DNA of 45,732 nucleotides, filler included, from Catajapyx aquilonaris (Eukaryota): assembly GCA_000934665.2 (NCBI GenBank). It is 2 parts of 2 records of this genome, joined end to end, with 100 filler letters (N's around TTAATTAATTAA, not from the genome) between each part and the next. Parts side by side here need not be neighbours in the genome. Positions count along the whole stretch, not along the records: positions 1 to 22,816 come from JYFJ02005805.1; positions 22,917 to 45,732 come from JYFJ02005806.1. One strand, written 5' to 3'. The notes below the pieces were generated by a model. That model saw only the letters and a list, made by a program, of their open reading frames with translations. It was not told where the DNA came from and ran no database searches. Position numbers and translations under genes: made by a program. Position 1 is the stretch's first letter, and the number at the start of each line of letters is the position of its first letter. This document shows, piece after piece, positions 12,928 through 25,432 of the stretch.

Positions 12928-13003
12928 CGTCGGTGATCATGCAAAACCTCGTATCTTCCATTGGTTTTTGCAGGAGATACGAGGTTTTGCATGATCACCG
13001 ACG
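12928..13003. mobile_element. Miniature inverted-repeat element (29-bp perfect arms)
   Basis: cgtcggtgatcatgcaaaacctcgtatct ... agatacgaggttttgcatgatcaccgacg, with TAA-like flanks. Confidence 0.6.
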
Positions 13004-13978
13004 ATAAGCAAGAAGGATCCCCTTTTCCCAACTGCTTCATAACTACCTAAACATGTTACAACCTGGACGAACAGGGTATTAAATCACACGATCAATCCTT
13101 TATGCGCAGCAGATGTACTAAAAAACAAGCAGAGAAAAGTGGTCACAGAAAGATCTCACAAGGTCACTAAAATGTTGGGGGGTAAATAGAGAAGAAGTAC
13201 AATACAATTATTTTCCTGCTGCATGTGGTGAAACCTATTCCTACTAAAATTGTAGCAAGGAAGTGTCTTAACCACTATGACACCAGCAGGATTTTTATTA
13301 TTTGATCCCCATGAAATGGAACAAACAAAAATCAGCATTTTCTCAAGTCATTGCCTTTTGGAGTACATATGAATAAATTACAATTAAAATTCTGCAAATT
13401 TCTTGAATTCTTTTAATTGAATTTTGGCTTACGCTACCTAAGAACATGGAGCTGGTTTTCCATCATCCTGATCAGTTATTGCTATCAGCATGCATATGCA
13501 TATCCTGTGATCTTTCCAAGGATCTCCATGACTACATATTTTTCTGCAACAAGTGAAATCTGCACCCATGTTAAATTGTTGATCCATATATTGTGACAGG
13601 AATAAGGAAATCTTCCATTGTTATCCCGCCACTGAGCAATAAAAAGAGCAAGTATATAAGAACATATTGCTGATTCACTAAATAAAGATCACAGATGTAA
13701 TACAATTAGTCTTTACAACGTAGCATAAACATAGTTAAATTACGAATCTTACTTTCACATGATAAATAAATGAAGATTTGTGACGTACAGGTGAGTATTC
13801 AATCTTCTGCCACATGTCACCTGCATCAATATGCTTTTACATGCTTGTGCTTGGCAAAATAAAATAAAATAAAAAACTAACACAATTACCGGGTCAAAAT
13901 GTCACTCTGTCGCATACTGTGGCACACATGTCACTCACACGTTATGGTCACAAATAATTCACTCCCACTTTCCACCAC

Positions 13979-15709
13979 TCACGACGCTCTTCTCTTGATC
14001 ACATACTTCCCACGACTGAGCTGCGTCAGGTAGATTCGTACTTTTGAATTGTCTGATGTCTTGCGCACCCATATCTGGAAGAAATTCCCAGAAACAGTTA
14101 CTTTCATGAATCATGTCATTCACTTGCATGTTATCAAATTCAAAAACTGTCACATAATTTGGAATCTGTAGTTATTTATAAAAGTCAATTTTAAAAGGAC
14201 CTTTCAAGAAACGTCAAATGTGGTATGACATCAAAATATTACACGGCTCAACTCACCGCTTCAGACCCAATCGCTGATACAACGGCACTGAATTTGGATT
14301 GGTCCTTTCCCTCCACGAACACCTGCTGACCTCGGTGGAACCTTCAGTAAGAAATTGAACAACAAACCCACATTGTCACCACCCATTTAAAAACTGGATA
14401 GCATGTAAAGAGACATTGACTAAGAACACTCACCATCTCTTCTCATAAAACAGCTTCCCATCTTCAACCCTCGCATCATAAGACTGGTATGAGTCTCCCA
14501 TGGACGATATTCCCATGGATGACGGCTGCGACTGGTTAGTGATTGGTTTTTTCACCGTTGTGGATACTGCTCTTGCTTTGATCATAAGGCGGAGGTCTTC
14601 GTCCACTTCACGCTCATCCAACAAGTAATTCAACTGTGCTGGTGCTGCCTTTCTCCTCTTTTCAGGCATCGGAATGGGATCGTTGGGTCTTCTCCTCAGT
14701 TTCCTCGTCGTTGCAGGTTTTACTTCCATCGAGTCACCTGTTAGCTCCATTGAATGGCGGTCCACCTCCACCATCTTGCGTTTTTCCTCCATTTCAGCTA
14801 TTAAACTCTCCCGCAATTCAATCTTTTTCTCCTCAAACTCTCTGGCAGCAGCCCGTTTTTCACACACATAGTCACGCTCTGCCAACTCACTTTCATACTC
14901 CCGCCACACATCATTTAGATGCAGACGCTCCCGATACACCTGTTCTAATCGCTTCAAGCGTCGATTATATTCAGGATGGACCCCATCTTTCAATTGCTGT
15001 AGCTGCTTCTTCAATGCCATGAGCTTGTCACGATACATTCTGGTTGGAAACAGTAATAAAATGATGTTACACAGTGCATCCAGATATTAACTTGCCATCC
15101 ATATCCATCTCCTCTGCAACTTTCGGGATAATAATTATAAGACTGGAGCTTCATCATCCCCAAGCCTAGCATCTCGTCAAGCTTTCTGCTTCCTTCAGCA
15201 GTCAGCTGTATGCATGTGAAGTGCTTCCAAGCATCACGACAAAGGCGCTGACAGGATGCCGGAAGTCACCTTACAGCTTATCCCACAGTCGCAGATTGAA
15301 TCGATAGGATGGCTGGGAAACACTCTGAAATACCTTTTCCACATAAGTCAGGAAAGGTAGTTACACAATGGATAACTTACTGCTCTTTGATCTCCGTAAA
15401 GTCGGTGTACTCTTCTTGCGACTTCATCATATCAGTCTCGCTCGCATCTTCCGTATCTGAAATTGACATATGAAAAGGAGTAAGCCATTAATGGTTCACA
15501 CTAGTACATCAGCTTTTCAATATGCCAGAAATCTACACACCGGTACACAGTTCCTCACCTTCATCGCTCTCATGATCCTCCATCTCCAGCAGATCCCTAT
15601 CATCCTCCGCATCCTCATCCTCAAACTCATACTCATCATGAGCATACCCACCCGACGATGAATAGGGCGAACCCATCCCCAGATGCGACCCTCCCGTCGC
15701 CCCCGCCAT
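13979..15709 (-). CDS. SUDS3: Sin3 histone deacetylase corepressor complex component SDS3; exons 15709-15559, 15456-15381, 15039-14434, 14341-14257, 14074-13979
   Basis: Diagnostic segments [77 protein letters not shown] and [16 protein letters not shown]; splice phases are consistent. Confidence 0.95.
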
Positions 15710-16214
15710 CACATCAGTCACACACTCCGTTGCCGCCACCGTACCCGTCACCCCTGTACTCAGCAACAGCACACCCGCCACACCACCATTGGACTCTACA
15801 ACCGGGGGCCAGACACACGATCCAAAGCCCACCATTCGAGCTGCAGCAAGGACGCGGGATCATCGGCGTCCCCTCAGCATCATCGCAGGGGGGTGGAGTT
15901 TTATACAAGAAACGACGGACAGGGGTAAGTTCGGACCTATGTGTTCAGGAGTGTCTCTGATATTTGCACACCCAGTTACAGTGCTAGGTATTAGCAGTCC
16001 AAATGGCAGGAGTCTGAACGCACCTGTTGACGTGATCCATCCGTTCCGTGTCTAATCTAGTAGCAGCCGCCCCTAGGCTGCCCGCTTCTCGCCCCTTTCC
16101 TTGCACCTGACTAGCCCTTGTTGCGATCCCCCTGTGTACGGAATGGATCAGGCGCACACTTGAGTATCTGTGTACAAGTATTTATCTGTGATGACGTAGC
16201 CCTGGGTGCTAAGG
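15710..16214. promoter_or_regulatory. Shared divergent (bidirectional) promoter/5' UTR region of SDS3 and Derlin-2
   Basis: The start codons diverge about 505 bp apart; the region is GC/CpG-enriched. Confidence 0.6.
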
Positions 16215-17267
16215 ATGGCGTACCAGACGTTCCTGCAGGAGTATATGCAGACCCCGGTGGTCACCAGGGCGTACACTACGGCCTGTGTGTTGACCACCAT
16301 TGCGGTGCAGCTTGACCTTGTGTCGCCCTTCCAGCTTTACTTCAACCCCATACTCATCGTCAGGCAGTACCAGGTATGGCATTTGTAACAGTCCGCTTAG
16401 AGATTACCTAACAATCTTACTCGTTACAGATATGGCGGGTGGTAACAACGTTCCTGTTTTTCGGGACGATTGGATTCAATTTCTTCTTCAATATGATCTT
16501 CACGTATCGGTACTGCCGGATGCTGGAGGAAGGGTCGTTTAGGGGGAGAACGGCTGATTTTGTGATGATGTTTCTCTTTGGCGGTGGATGTATGATTGCT
16601 TTCGCCTTCTTCGTCAACCTGCTCTTCTTGGGGCAGGCCTTCACCCTCATGCTTGTCTATGTCTGGTCACGACGGAACCCATATGTCCGGATGAACTTCT
16701 TCGGCCTGCTCAATTTTCAGGTAAGTACATTATTGGTCATATATCGAGGCAACTGCCAGCGACATTTTCCGAAGCGGCAGAGGAAGGAATCGAAGATAAG
16801 AATGCTACAAGCCGGGCGAGCCAGGGGCGAGCAAGATTCCTTCTTCTGCCGCTTCGGAAAATGTCGCTGGCGGTTGCCTCGATATATGACCAATACTGTA
16901 CATCAATATTATCTTGTAGCTAATTGAACGCTAACGACTTGTTCATATAGGCACCCAACCTTCCATGGGTCCTGCTGGGCTTTTCCCTGCTGCTTGGAAA
17001 CTCGATTTCAGTGGATCTGATGGGAATGCTGGTGGGACATATTTACTACTTCCTGGAAGATGTGTTTCCCAGCCAATCAGGAGGCTACAAGATCCTCCAG
17101 ACACCTCGCTTCATGTGAGTAGTTTCCCATATATGCTTGCAATTGGTGTTGACTGTTGCATCATTTTCAGGCGAACGCTTTTTGATCCTCAACCAGACGA
17201 CCCGGACTACAACCCACTTCCTGAGGACAGGCCAGGAGGATTCAACTGGGGGGAACGTCGAGACTAG
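16215..17267 (+). CDS. DERL2: Derlin-2 (ERAD rhomboid pseudoprotease); exons 16215-16373, 16430-16720, 16951-17114, 17171-17267
   Basis: [67 protein letters not shown], and C-terminal [15 protein letters not shown]; canonical introns. Confidence 0.96.
16728..16898. mobile_element. MITE (about 62-bp inverted arms, TA flanks, Tc1/mariner-like CAGT terminus) in Derlin intron 2
   Basis: tattggtcatatatcgaggcaactgccagcgacattttccgaagcggcagaggaaggaatc pairs with its near-perfect reverse complement at about 16834-16895. Confidence 0.75.
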
Positions 17268-18282
17268 GAAGCATTGACTGAGAATGTGTGAAAAAAAGAC
17301 ATTCAGGGATTGGCCCATGATTTTCTTATCTGCCCCAAGTCTCGCTCCCCACCCATCCAGCAGTGTTATTATTATAATGGTTGCCACATGCTTGGCAATA
17401 TTTGTCCAAAGAGCCCAATAATATAATAATAAAATGTTAATCTGTGGATACTTTGAAATGTTACGGATATTATATACGAAATGTTTTTTTATTCCCTCTT
17501 TACAGCGGTATTTTGCATATTATTTACAAAGGAGCAAAAAAAAAAAACAACAACCAAACAGCATGTCTACTCATTGACTATGCCAAATCCCATCCATATA
17601 AATATGTGACTGATTACATTTAAAATGGATGCGTTTTGGGTTCTTTTGTTTCAACTACTCATCCACTGCCATTCGAAACCTTAGGATTTTCCATCACAAA
17701 ATTACATCTCGGGGGAGGGGATTATAACAGGTGCAATCACACTTGGCTGACAACCACTGGAATCACACACAACTTTCTTAGCCCAAACACTTTTGATCAG
17801 GGTCCTCGGAATATGAAGTGACAAGGGGCAAGATCTTAAGAATGGAGAATACTGGGCAGGGTAAATTTCAAAGCAAAACTGGACACACTCGCATGCATGA
17901 CGTTATCCATGAGTGTGCAGACTTAACCATGTTAGAAGCGACTACCTTCCTGCATTTCGTATAAGAAATGTGCTGAGAAATGCAATCTGGTTCGGCATCA
18001 AGCACTAACAAGAAAATGCACTGTGAAGGGGCAGTGTTTGGTGCTTTGATTGCTCAAGCCGCTTTTCCTTCCTGCAGTTTGTTCCCAGTAACTCCAGTGA
18101 AATGGGAATGTGAAACAGGGAGAGAAGTAGCAGCTGTGAAATATTCTGCATGGGTAAGAGGATATGGGAGAGGTGGGAATAATCAAAGAGATAGAGAGGA
18201 CCTACTTCACCCTAACCATTCAGGACTTGCTCTTCACACACTAAAAATTTACAAACTGACCACACTTGCTACATGGCCATCA

Positions 18283-20796
18283 TCACAAGGCTACAGTCGC
18301 TAGCAGGACCGTTACATCGTCAGGCTTCCCACCTGAAATTTAAAAAGAAATTATTATTGAGGATGCGAACAAGTGTCACTGTTGCATTAGCTGTTCATCA
18401 CTTAAAGCGACATATGTAACATACGAGGTCAAATAAATGCAATGGAATCCCAAAAGCCACTTCTAAATAAAATTAGGAATAAGTCGATTTGTTTACATTC
18501 GCAGAACCTGTCGAATGAGAACAGGGGAAGTACTTTGAGGTTTCTCAACAAGGAAAACTATATGTAAGGGAATTAATACTACATGAAGGCCATTTTACCT
18601 AATCAGGACAGATGCAAAAAAAAGAAAAAGAAGAAGAGCAGTAGAGTTGGAATAAAAAGGCGAGGATGAATCCCACAAATTCACTGTTTAAAAAGCAGAT
18701 GGCAAGGGGGTAGTCCCTCCTCAAAAAAGTGTACACCGGCTCTCTTGAATTGCGGCTCTCCGCGGCATCGGTGAGCCAGTAAGACCATGGGTGAACCAGT
18801 GTATACTCACTGATGAGTATGTTGGTGAGCCGGAAGAGCCGAGGAGGGCTGGAGTGGGCCGAGGAGGCCGCCAAAGGCAAACTAGTCATATGATGAGAAT
18901 GATGATGAGGAACAAAGGCGCGTTTTGCTCCAGCTCTCCTCTGCTCTCTGCGGCCCACCCCGGCTCTCCGAGTCTCACCAGTGAGGGTGTACACCGGTTC
19001 TCCGAAGTGACTACCCCCATGTCTCCTGGCCCTCCAGAAACTACTATAAACAAAATTAGTGATACATTTTGGCTAGTTCATAGCCAAAATGTATCACTAA
19101 TTTTTTAAATTTCTACGTCAAGCCCTGCACACCATCACACCACATGGATTCACATTTTCGAAGGACATACTTCACGCATCATTTTCTTGATGAAATTGAA
19201 AAATACAAAATTTCGACACCTAACTTCGCGATGTATCTGCACTACTTTGCTTCACAATTTGTCGAACAATTTTCGAATCCAGGTAGCTACATTGAAGAGT
19301 ACCCCCCAAAATTTTCATGGTGTTAGCAAGCGCACAATGACATGATATAAAATGTCAACTGATACTACTTTTTATGGCTGCTGCGGACTGTGTTTCCTCT
19401 TAACTTTCATTTTCTATTTCAAACATATTCAGCACCTTTTGCATCCAATTTTTTTGTGTGTGACGCAAAACATGCCTTTATAGTAATATGCTAATGTAAC
19501 ACGAACAACCCTGTCAGTCTGATGAATGAAAGTGGTATACTGTACTTCCTATTTATAAGTCAATTCTTCACACCTTTATACTTCTACTTTTTCAATACAG
19601 GATGTTCTAGTTGAGGTGTCCAATTCAGTCAGCAGTTTTGTACTATAATTGTAAATCTAACACTTACATTTAGGGGCTATTGAATATATTTTTAGTTTTT
19701 AGTATTTTTGATAGCCCCTAAAAGCGAATGCTGAGAAGTACTTTTAAAAATACACCAATTGCTACTAAAACTGCTAACTGAAATAGACACATCAACTGGA
19801 ACACCATGCATTCAAAAGTTGGAGTACAAAGGCCTGAAGAATTAGCATATAAATAGGAAGTACAGCAGCTATCACTCTTCCATTTACTGTGTAAATCATC
19901 GGCCTGACTGGGTTGTTAGTGCTACATATGGAGAAAGTTAAACTTGCATTGGAATATTACCATGAAGTACATAGTTATACTATCCTCCTCATTCCTCATT
20001 CACCAAATAACAGCTGGGGAATCTAGAGGGGATGGATGGGAGAAATGCTTTGGTACTGCATCTGAAGCCCTTACCACCCAATGAATACAATATTAATTGG
20101 CCAGTCCAAAAGTGCACAATACATTACTACAGACAGATCATATTTACATCAATGAAAGTAAACATCTCAATTTAGTCTAGTCATTCTCTCCCCTTCAGCA
20201 TTCATTTGGCATAATCTCAACTAGTGTCCATAAGTCAGTGAATCGCATTACAGTTGTAATTTCTGGTTTTGACTAGTGATTATAAGGCCTGGTTAATCTT
20301 TGACCACATTTTTTCCATGGATTCTGAAGTGGCATGTAGTTAAGCCCCTTTACCTTAAGGACTTCCATTTTAAACATATCTGCAGTATTTACATCATAAC
20401 CGGATCCTTGCAACCCCTTGTTCTATATTACTGCACACAAGTGTTGTAAACTGTGCTAGACTACCAACTCTAGCAGATACCATGTTAGTACTGATTAATG
20501 GCTAAAAACTTGGCACAAACCCTAAAAATACCAACTAACCAATGGCCTGTATTCCATTCTGTCGAGCACTAAGTGCAAATGGCGACATGTACTCGTCGTC
20601 AAATGCTAGGGACCTAGCCATCCATGCAATGGCATTGGCCACACCCTGTAGACGCAAGGGGTCACGCTCTCCCTGTAGTTTGGTCATCTCTGTCACCAGC
20701 ATGTGGTCTGGGACATTGTCGAACACACCATCGGTGGCAAGTAGAATGACGTCGCCATCCTCTACCCGGAGTTCCACTCGATCTGCTGACTCTGGG
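18283..20796 (-). CDS. PPTC7: Protein phosphatase PTC7 homolog (PP2C family), 3' partial; exons 20796-20540 and 18332-18283
   Basis: GDVILLATDGVFDNVPD, ANAIA.MAR.LAFD..YMSPFA and the terminal GGKPDDVTVLLATVAL*; the phase-1 junction is consistent. Upstream exons were not found before the linker. Confidence 0.9.
19052..19104. repeat. Perfect 24-bp-arm hairpin; family also present at 11923-11944
   Basis: aaaattagtgatacattttggcta-gttca-tagccaaaatgtatcactaatttt; a 22-bp arm copy is identical at 11923. Confidence 0.7.
19495..19926. mobile_element. Old fold-back/MITE element (about 430 bp, degenerate long inverted arms) in the PTC7 intron
   Basis: Complementary blocks include ctgtacttcctatttata/tataaataggaagtacag, ttaggggctat/atagcccctaa and aacaaccctgtcag/ctgactgggttgtt. 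Confidence 0.7.
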
Positions 20797-22640
20797 CTAT
20801 AAGAGGAATAATAATTATTAACAACACTGTCCAATCTATGCAACATTTTAAACATTCACACAAGCAGATTCACATTACATGCATGTTACAACCACCCCAT
20901 ATCTAATTTTTCATGTGACCCTGGTCCTACACTACACCCAGGTGCACAATGCAATCAAATATTTCTGACTACGTCTAGTCTTACATAACTGTCTGTTATG
21001 CTATCATTACGTCTAACACAGCATATCTTCGCCTGCTTTTTTCCTGCCAATCTATCATGTGGAAGTGACTTCCTCCCGCACTACTCCAGAGCATGGTGAG
21101 TAGTTCATCTGGATCTAAAATCATATTTAAATCCCACATATTTTCCGGCCAGTTTCTTCCCAACCCCAGTAAGTAGGAAATTAAACCTGTGATTCCATTT
21201 TGGCCAGCTTGAGTGAGGTTCTAGTACCCCCCCTAACTCAATATGTGGTCCTCCAACTTCGTTTCCCTCTCATCCTGTCACTATTGCAACCATGAGGGGT
21301 TGCAGACTTCTAATAAAAATGCACATGGTGTTTCAAAGTTTCTTGTAGCTCCTCTAGTGTCACATCCTGGTTTTGTTCTGACTCAGCAAGCTTCCAGTCA
21401 ACTCCAAGAAGAGTCGATTTTCAGAGGCAAACAAAGGTACGGAAAGGAAGGAGATTCCTTCTCGTGCAGAGCATTTGGCAGCCGAAACTGTCCGCTTTGA
21501 CGACACGCCGCAATTTCCACGACGACGGGGCAGTTTAAGCAAAGTTTCACTCTCTGGAAACGCCGGCTGTGAGAGAGCCAAGTTTGCCAAGAAAATCAGA
21601 CTTGTCTATACGTTTTATTTTCCAGCCAACGATAAAGAATTGGCTGGCATGTCGGTCTCCACACACTGTTCCAAGGAAGTGGGTTAAATGGTCGTAAATA
21701 CTTAGGACTGAATCCAGTTCCACAGTTTTCAGACATACTATGGTTCAAACTATTTCACATTCAAAAAGTTGTAAGCAGCTACTAATTCCAACTTAGAGAT
21801 TGTCACATGGCTTAAATGGTTCTGTCTAAATAAATGAGTAGAAGAGCTCAATTTGGGTACAAACATTACTCCAATCAACAGAAAAATGAGCAAATTGAAT
21901 TTCTAAAAGAATTATCACAGAATTAGCAGCTCTGTTTCTGGTGAACACAACGAAAACACTCATACCGAACAACCAATTCAGACAGTTCAGACTGCCCCAA
22001 ATCTGAAATGTTCCAAAACTTCTCACCAACTCCACCCAACCATAAAAAAACCTGCCAAATATGTAATCAGATTTGTCCTACCCAGTAAAATCGATCTGTC
22101 CTTTTTACCAAGTAATATGCACCGTGCATCAAAGTAATAGCCTTCCATAAAAATTGCGGCATATCCCGGAAGTTATGAGGAAACAAGAGGGTTGTAGGGT
22201 TTCATTTTGAAAATGAGATGGAAGCTAAGGAGCTCGAAACGGCGCAAAAGAAAATAAAGCCGGAGACTGAGGGTGAAAAGAAGCTGATTAGGTAATCTCC
22301 ACAGGGAGGGATTGATACAGCCTGAATGGGGAAAAAGGGAAAAAGCTCCTTGAGAACTTCACCTCTGAAATATTTATAAGGGCTCAAAATCCCCCTTTTT
22401 CCACGAAAATACCAGAGCCTGTTCATGGTAAAAACCTCCGAACAAAAATAACCAGTTCCAATTATGTGACAGCACACGTTTGTGCGAAACCACGCCTGTC
22501 GATTACCCATTAACCAACAACTAATGAGTTGATCAATTAACCATGTGTGGTACAGAATTGCATCCCGAATTCATGTGCCTGGAAGTGGGTGACTTCTAAA
22601 TCTCCATTCACACACAAGCTACACTGAAGTCCCCTTCAAA

Positions 22641-22730
22641 AACCGTTAAATAACAGTTAATGGCCGTTAAAAACCGTTAAATAGCCGTTAACGACCGTTA
22701 AACTGCTACAGAACCGTTGAAGACCGTTAC
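22641..22730. repeat. Imperfect about 10-bp tandem array with a CCGTTAA core
   Basis: aaccgttaaa taacagttaa tggccgttaa aaaccgttaa atagccgtta acgaccgtta ... Confidence 0.75.
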
Positions 22731-22816
22731 AAAAGTGACGCAAATCGCTCAAATCTTTACACAACTATTCTAAACTATTAAAACTTTTGCAGGAACTCCC
22801 TTAAAAGTCAGAAACA

Positions 22817-22916
22817 NNNNNNNNNNNNNNNNNNNNNNNNNNNNNNNNNNNNNNNNNNNNTTAATTAATTAANNNNNNNNNNNNNNNNNNNNNNNNNNNN
22901 NNNNNNNNNNNNNNNN
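22817..22916. other. Artificial assembly linker: 44 N + TTAATTAATTAA + 44 N
   Basis: Exactly 100 bp and symmetric, with a palindromic core giving stop codons in all six frames. Confidence 0.9.
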
Positions 22917-23780
22917 CCCCCCCTTCGATTTTTTTTCTGACCACACGCCTGACAATTTTAGACCCCTCCCCCCTCCACACCCCTCCAATAATTTTCAACA
23001 CCCTGTCCAACCGCAGACAATAGGTTGCGAGGTTAAAGGTCACGATTTGTGACACTTGTCAATAAAACGTTCCATATACTGGCAAATTAAAATTTGTTCA
23101 CATTTATTGCTTTAGCTAGATTTTCGTGGATGGAAGTACAGGCATATTTAATGGACACATCCACGACAGTGGTCAACAAGGATCGTTCATGTTCTACATT
23201 ATCTACGTAACAGTGGAAGCAAAGCATAGCGTCATTTTGCTCACAAGAAAGAAGACTGTCGGGTTCATCATTTTTTCTGGCCTGTCGCCCTGCACATTCT
23301 GGATAACCATGGTTTATTTGTTATGGTTTTGGTTTTGTTTTTTTGTGATAGGGCCCGCGAGGCCCTCTTAGGGGGGAAGGGGAGGTTCCCAAGGGAGGGC
23401 GCTGTGCGGTAGTCATTTCTGACATTCTTTAAACACCAGGCCTTTTCTCCTGGCCCTGGGCAGAGTAGAGTGTGCAATTCTGCCCCGGCATGTCGGGTGA
23501 AGAGCGGAACAAGACATGGCCAAGCAGAGGTGACGGGGACGGGATTTGAATGTTTTTCTAATAATATCTGCCCCTGTCGTGCAGACATGCTAGCAAGACT
23601 CATAATTATTCCACGAGCATTGCAATGCCATCTGGGGCGTGCCCTCGTATTATTATGCATCAAGTTGCTATCTTATCAACCAATATATGATTTCCTGCAG
23701 ACGCAGGAAAGGGCCGTTAATGCTCCTTTCCTTTGATTACAGGTCAGAGTTTGCATACCAGCAGTATATAGGCAGAGGCA

Positions 23781-24583
23781 ATGGACCCCAAGAACGGTGA
23801 GCTTCATGTGGCGTGTCTCAAGTTCAACCTTAAAATCCTGAAGCTTCTGTTGGAGGATGCGGATCCCAATGTCCGAAACAAGCTGGACCAGACCCCTCTC
23901 CACATGGCCAGTCAGGTAGGGTTCATCCAAGGGGTGGAGTGCCTGCTGAAGAATGGGGCCAACATGGATACGGTGGACATCCACGAGAATACGGCCTTGC
24001 ACGAGGCGGCCAAGAATGGACACAGAGGCGTCTGCGACATTCTGGTGTCTCTTCTTCCGAAGCGCAACAAGGACAATCGAAGTGCTCTTCACGTGGCTGC
24101 AGAACATGGGAAGCTTCGTTGCGTGGAGCTGTTCCTGCAGGAGGGGGCCGACCCTGATATGGCAGACAACGAAGGGGTCACTCCTGTCACCCTGGCAGTG
24201 ACCAACAACCACGACATGGTGTCACAGGCTCTCATCAATGCACGGAGGTACGGATAAGCAGTTTCTAATAATTGTTGTTGAAGGTACTAATATTGTTGAC
24301 ACTGTACAGGATGCAGTCTAGGAAGCAGGTGAAAGACCCATCTGGAGGGAATGCAGACCAGTCCATCAATACAACAAGTGGTAGTAATGCAGCTGAGGTA
24401 AATAAAATGTACACACAATAAATAGATTAACTGGAAGTAATTAAATTTCAGATGCAAATGTCACCAGATAATGACCCACGAATAGTGTACAATAAAATAC
24501 CTAATCAGCCGACGGGTGACCCGCTGATAGAAGCTTTGAAGAGGAGTGGTATTGCCTACCCCGGCTGCGGCCGCCCCTACTAG
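23781..24583 (+). CDS. Ankyrin-repeat protein (about 4-5 repeats); exons 23781-24247, 24310-24397, 24452-24583
   Basis: QTPLHMAS, NTALHEAA, RSALHVAA, VTPVTLAV with GAN/GADP loops; short canonical introns in phase; in-frame stop upstream of the ATG. Confidence 0.8.
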
Positions 24584-24627
24584 GCAGTTGACATCCACCA
24601 CCGCTCACCCCGAAGAACGACGGACCA

Positions 24628-24830
24628 TGGTGGGGACTGGGGACACCCTGCTGCATCTGGCCTGCCAGATAGAACAACCACCTGGAGATAGTGAAGAGGC
24701 TGGTTGGGGAGGACCACTCCTCTCTGATGGAGGTCAAGAACGGGAAGGGGACGGCTCTGCAGGTGGCCATCGGGTGTGACAATAAGGACATAGAGACCTT
24801 CCTGGGATCGTGGGAACTGCTCATTTCGAA
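24628..24830 (+). pseudogene. Frameshifted ankyrin repeats downstream of the stop codon
   Basis: GDTLLHLACQ in one frame continues as NNHLEIVKRLV...GTALQVAIG..NKDIETFL in another frame. Confidence 0.65.
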
Positions 24831-25432
24831 ACATTTCAATTCAATTTGTGAGAGCCATTATTGCTCAAGATGTTGCATTTTTTGTGTATTGATGACATTT
24901 CAAACCATTTATTTCAACCTTGTGTTATACTCCTGCTTACTCTTTGACATTATGAACTGTGTTGGTTTATATTGTTTACGACATTAAAAGTACCGGTACT
25001 GATACACATTATTTTGAACAAACGAAGCATTAATCGCTATCAGTACTGCAAAGGTGCTATATTTGGTCTTCTCAGCCCTGTTACCGTATAATAACGGGCT
25101 TCAAACACAATATGTACAGTACAGTACAACAGCACGTAGAATAAATTTTCAAATACAGCCTATCATTTCATAGAGGATATTGTTCCAACGACGTCTCCTT
25201 ACGATGAAATATTGCATTTCGCTAAGATAGGCGGCTTTGCTTGTTATTGCGTCATTTGAGCTCCACAACTACAATTGTGCCGATAAGTTATGAGAAGATG
25301 GCATGGCAATGGTAAATCAATATACCGATTGCTTCCAAGAAGGACGTAAGGTTTTCCCAATAATGTTGTAGATGTTATGCAATAACAGGTTGTTTCTAAT
25401 TTATTATTAAGTAATGAAAATGTGCAGCCATA

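Noticed and set aside
18727..19003. 131-aa ORF / partially inverted GC-rich segment in the PTC7 intron
   Set aside because: No protein features; it looks like a decayed inverted-repeat element whose boundaries I cannot define.
22641..22730. CRISPR array or telomeric repeat
   Set aside because: Eukaryotic context, no unique spacers, and the unit is not TTAGG/TTAGGG.
23676..24212. 178-aa antisense ORF, and similar ORFs antisense to SDS3 and the IR genes
   Set aside because: Shadow ORFs of real coding exons on the opposite strand.
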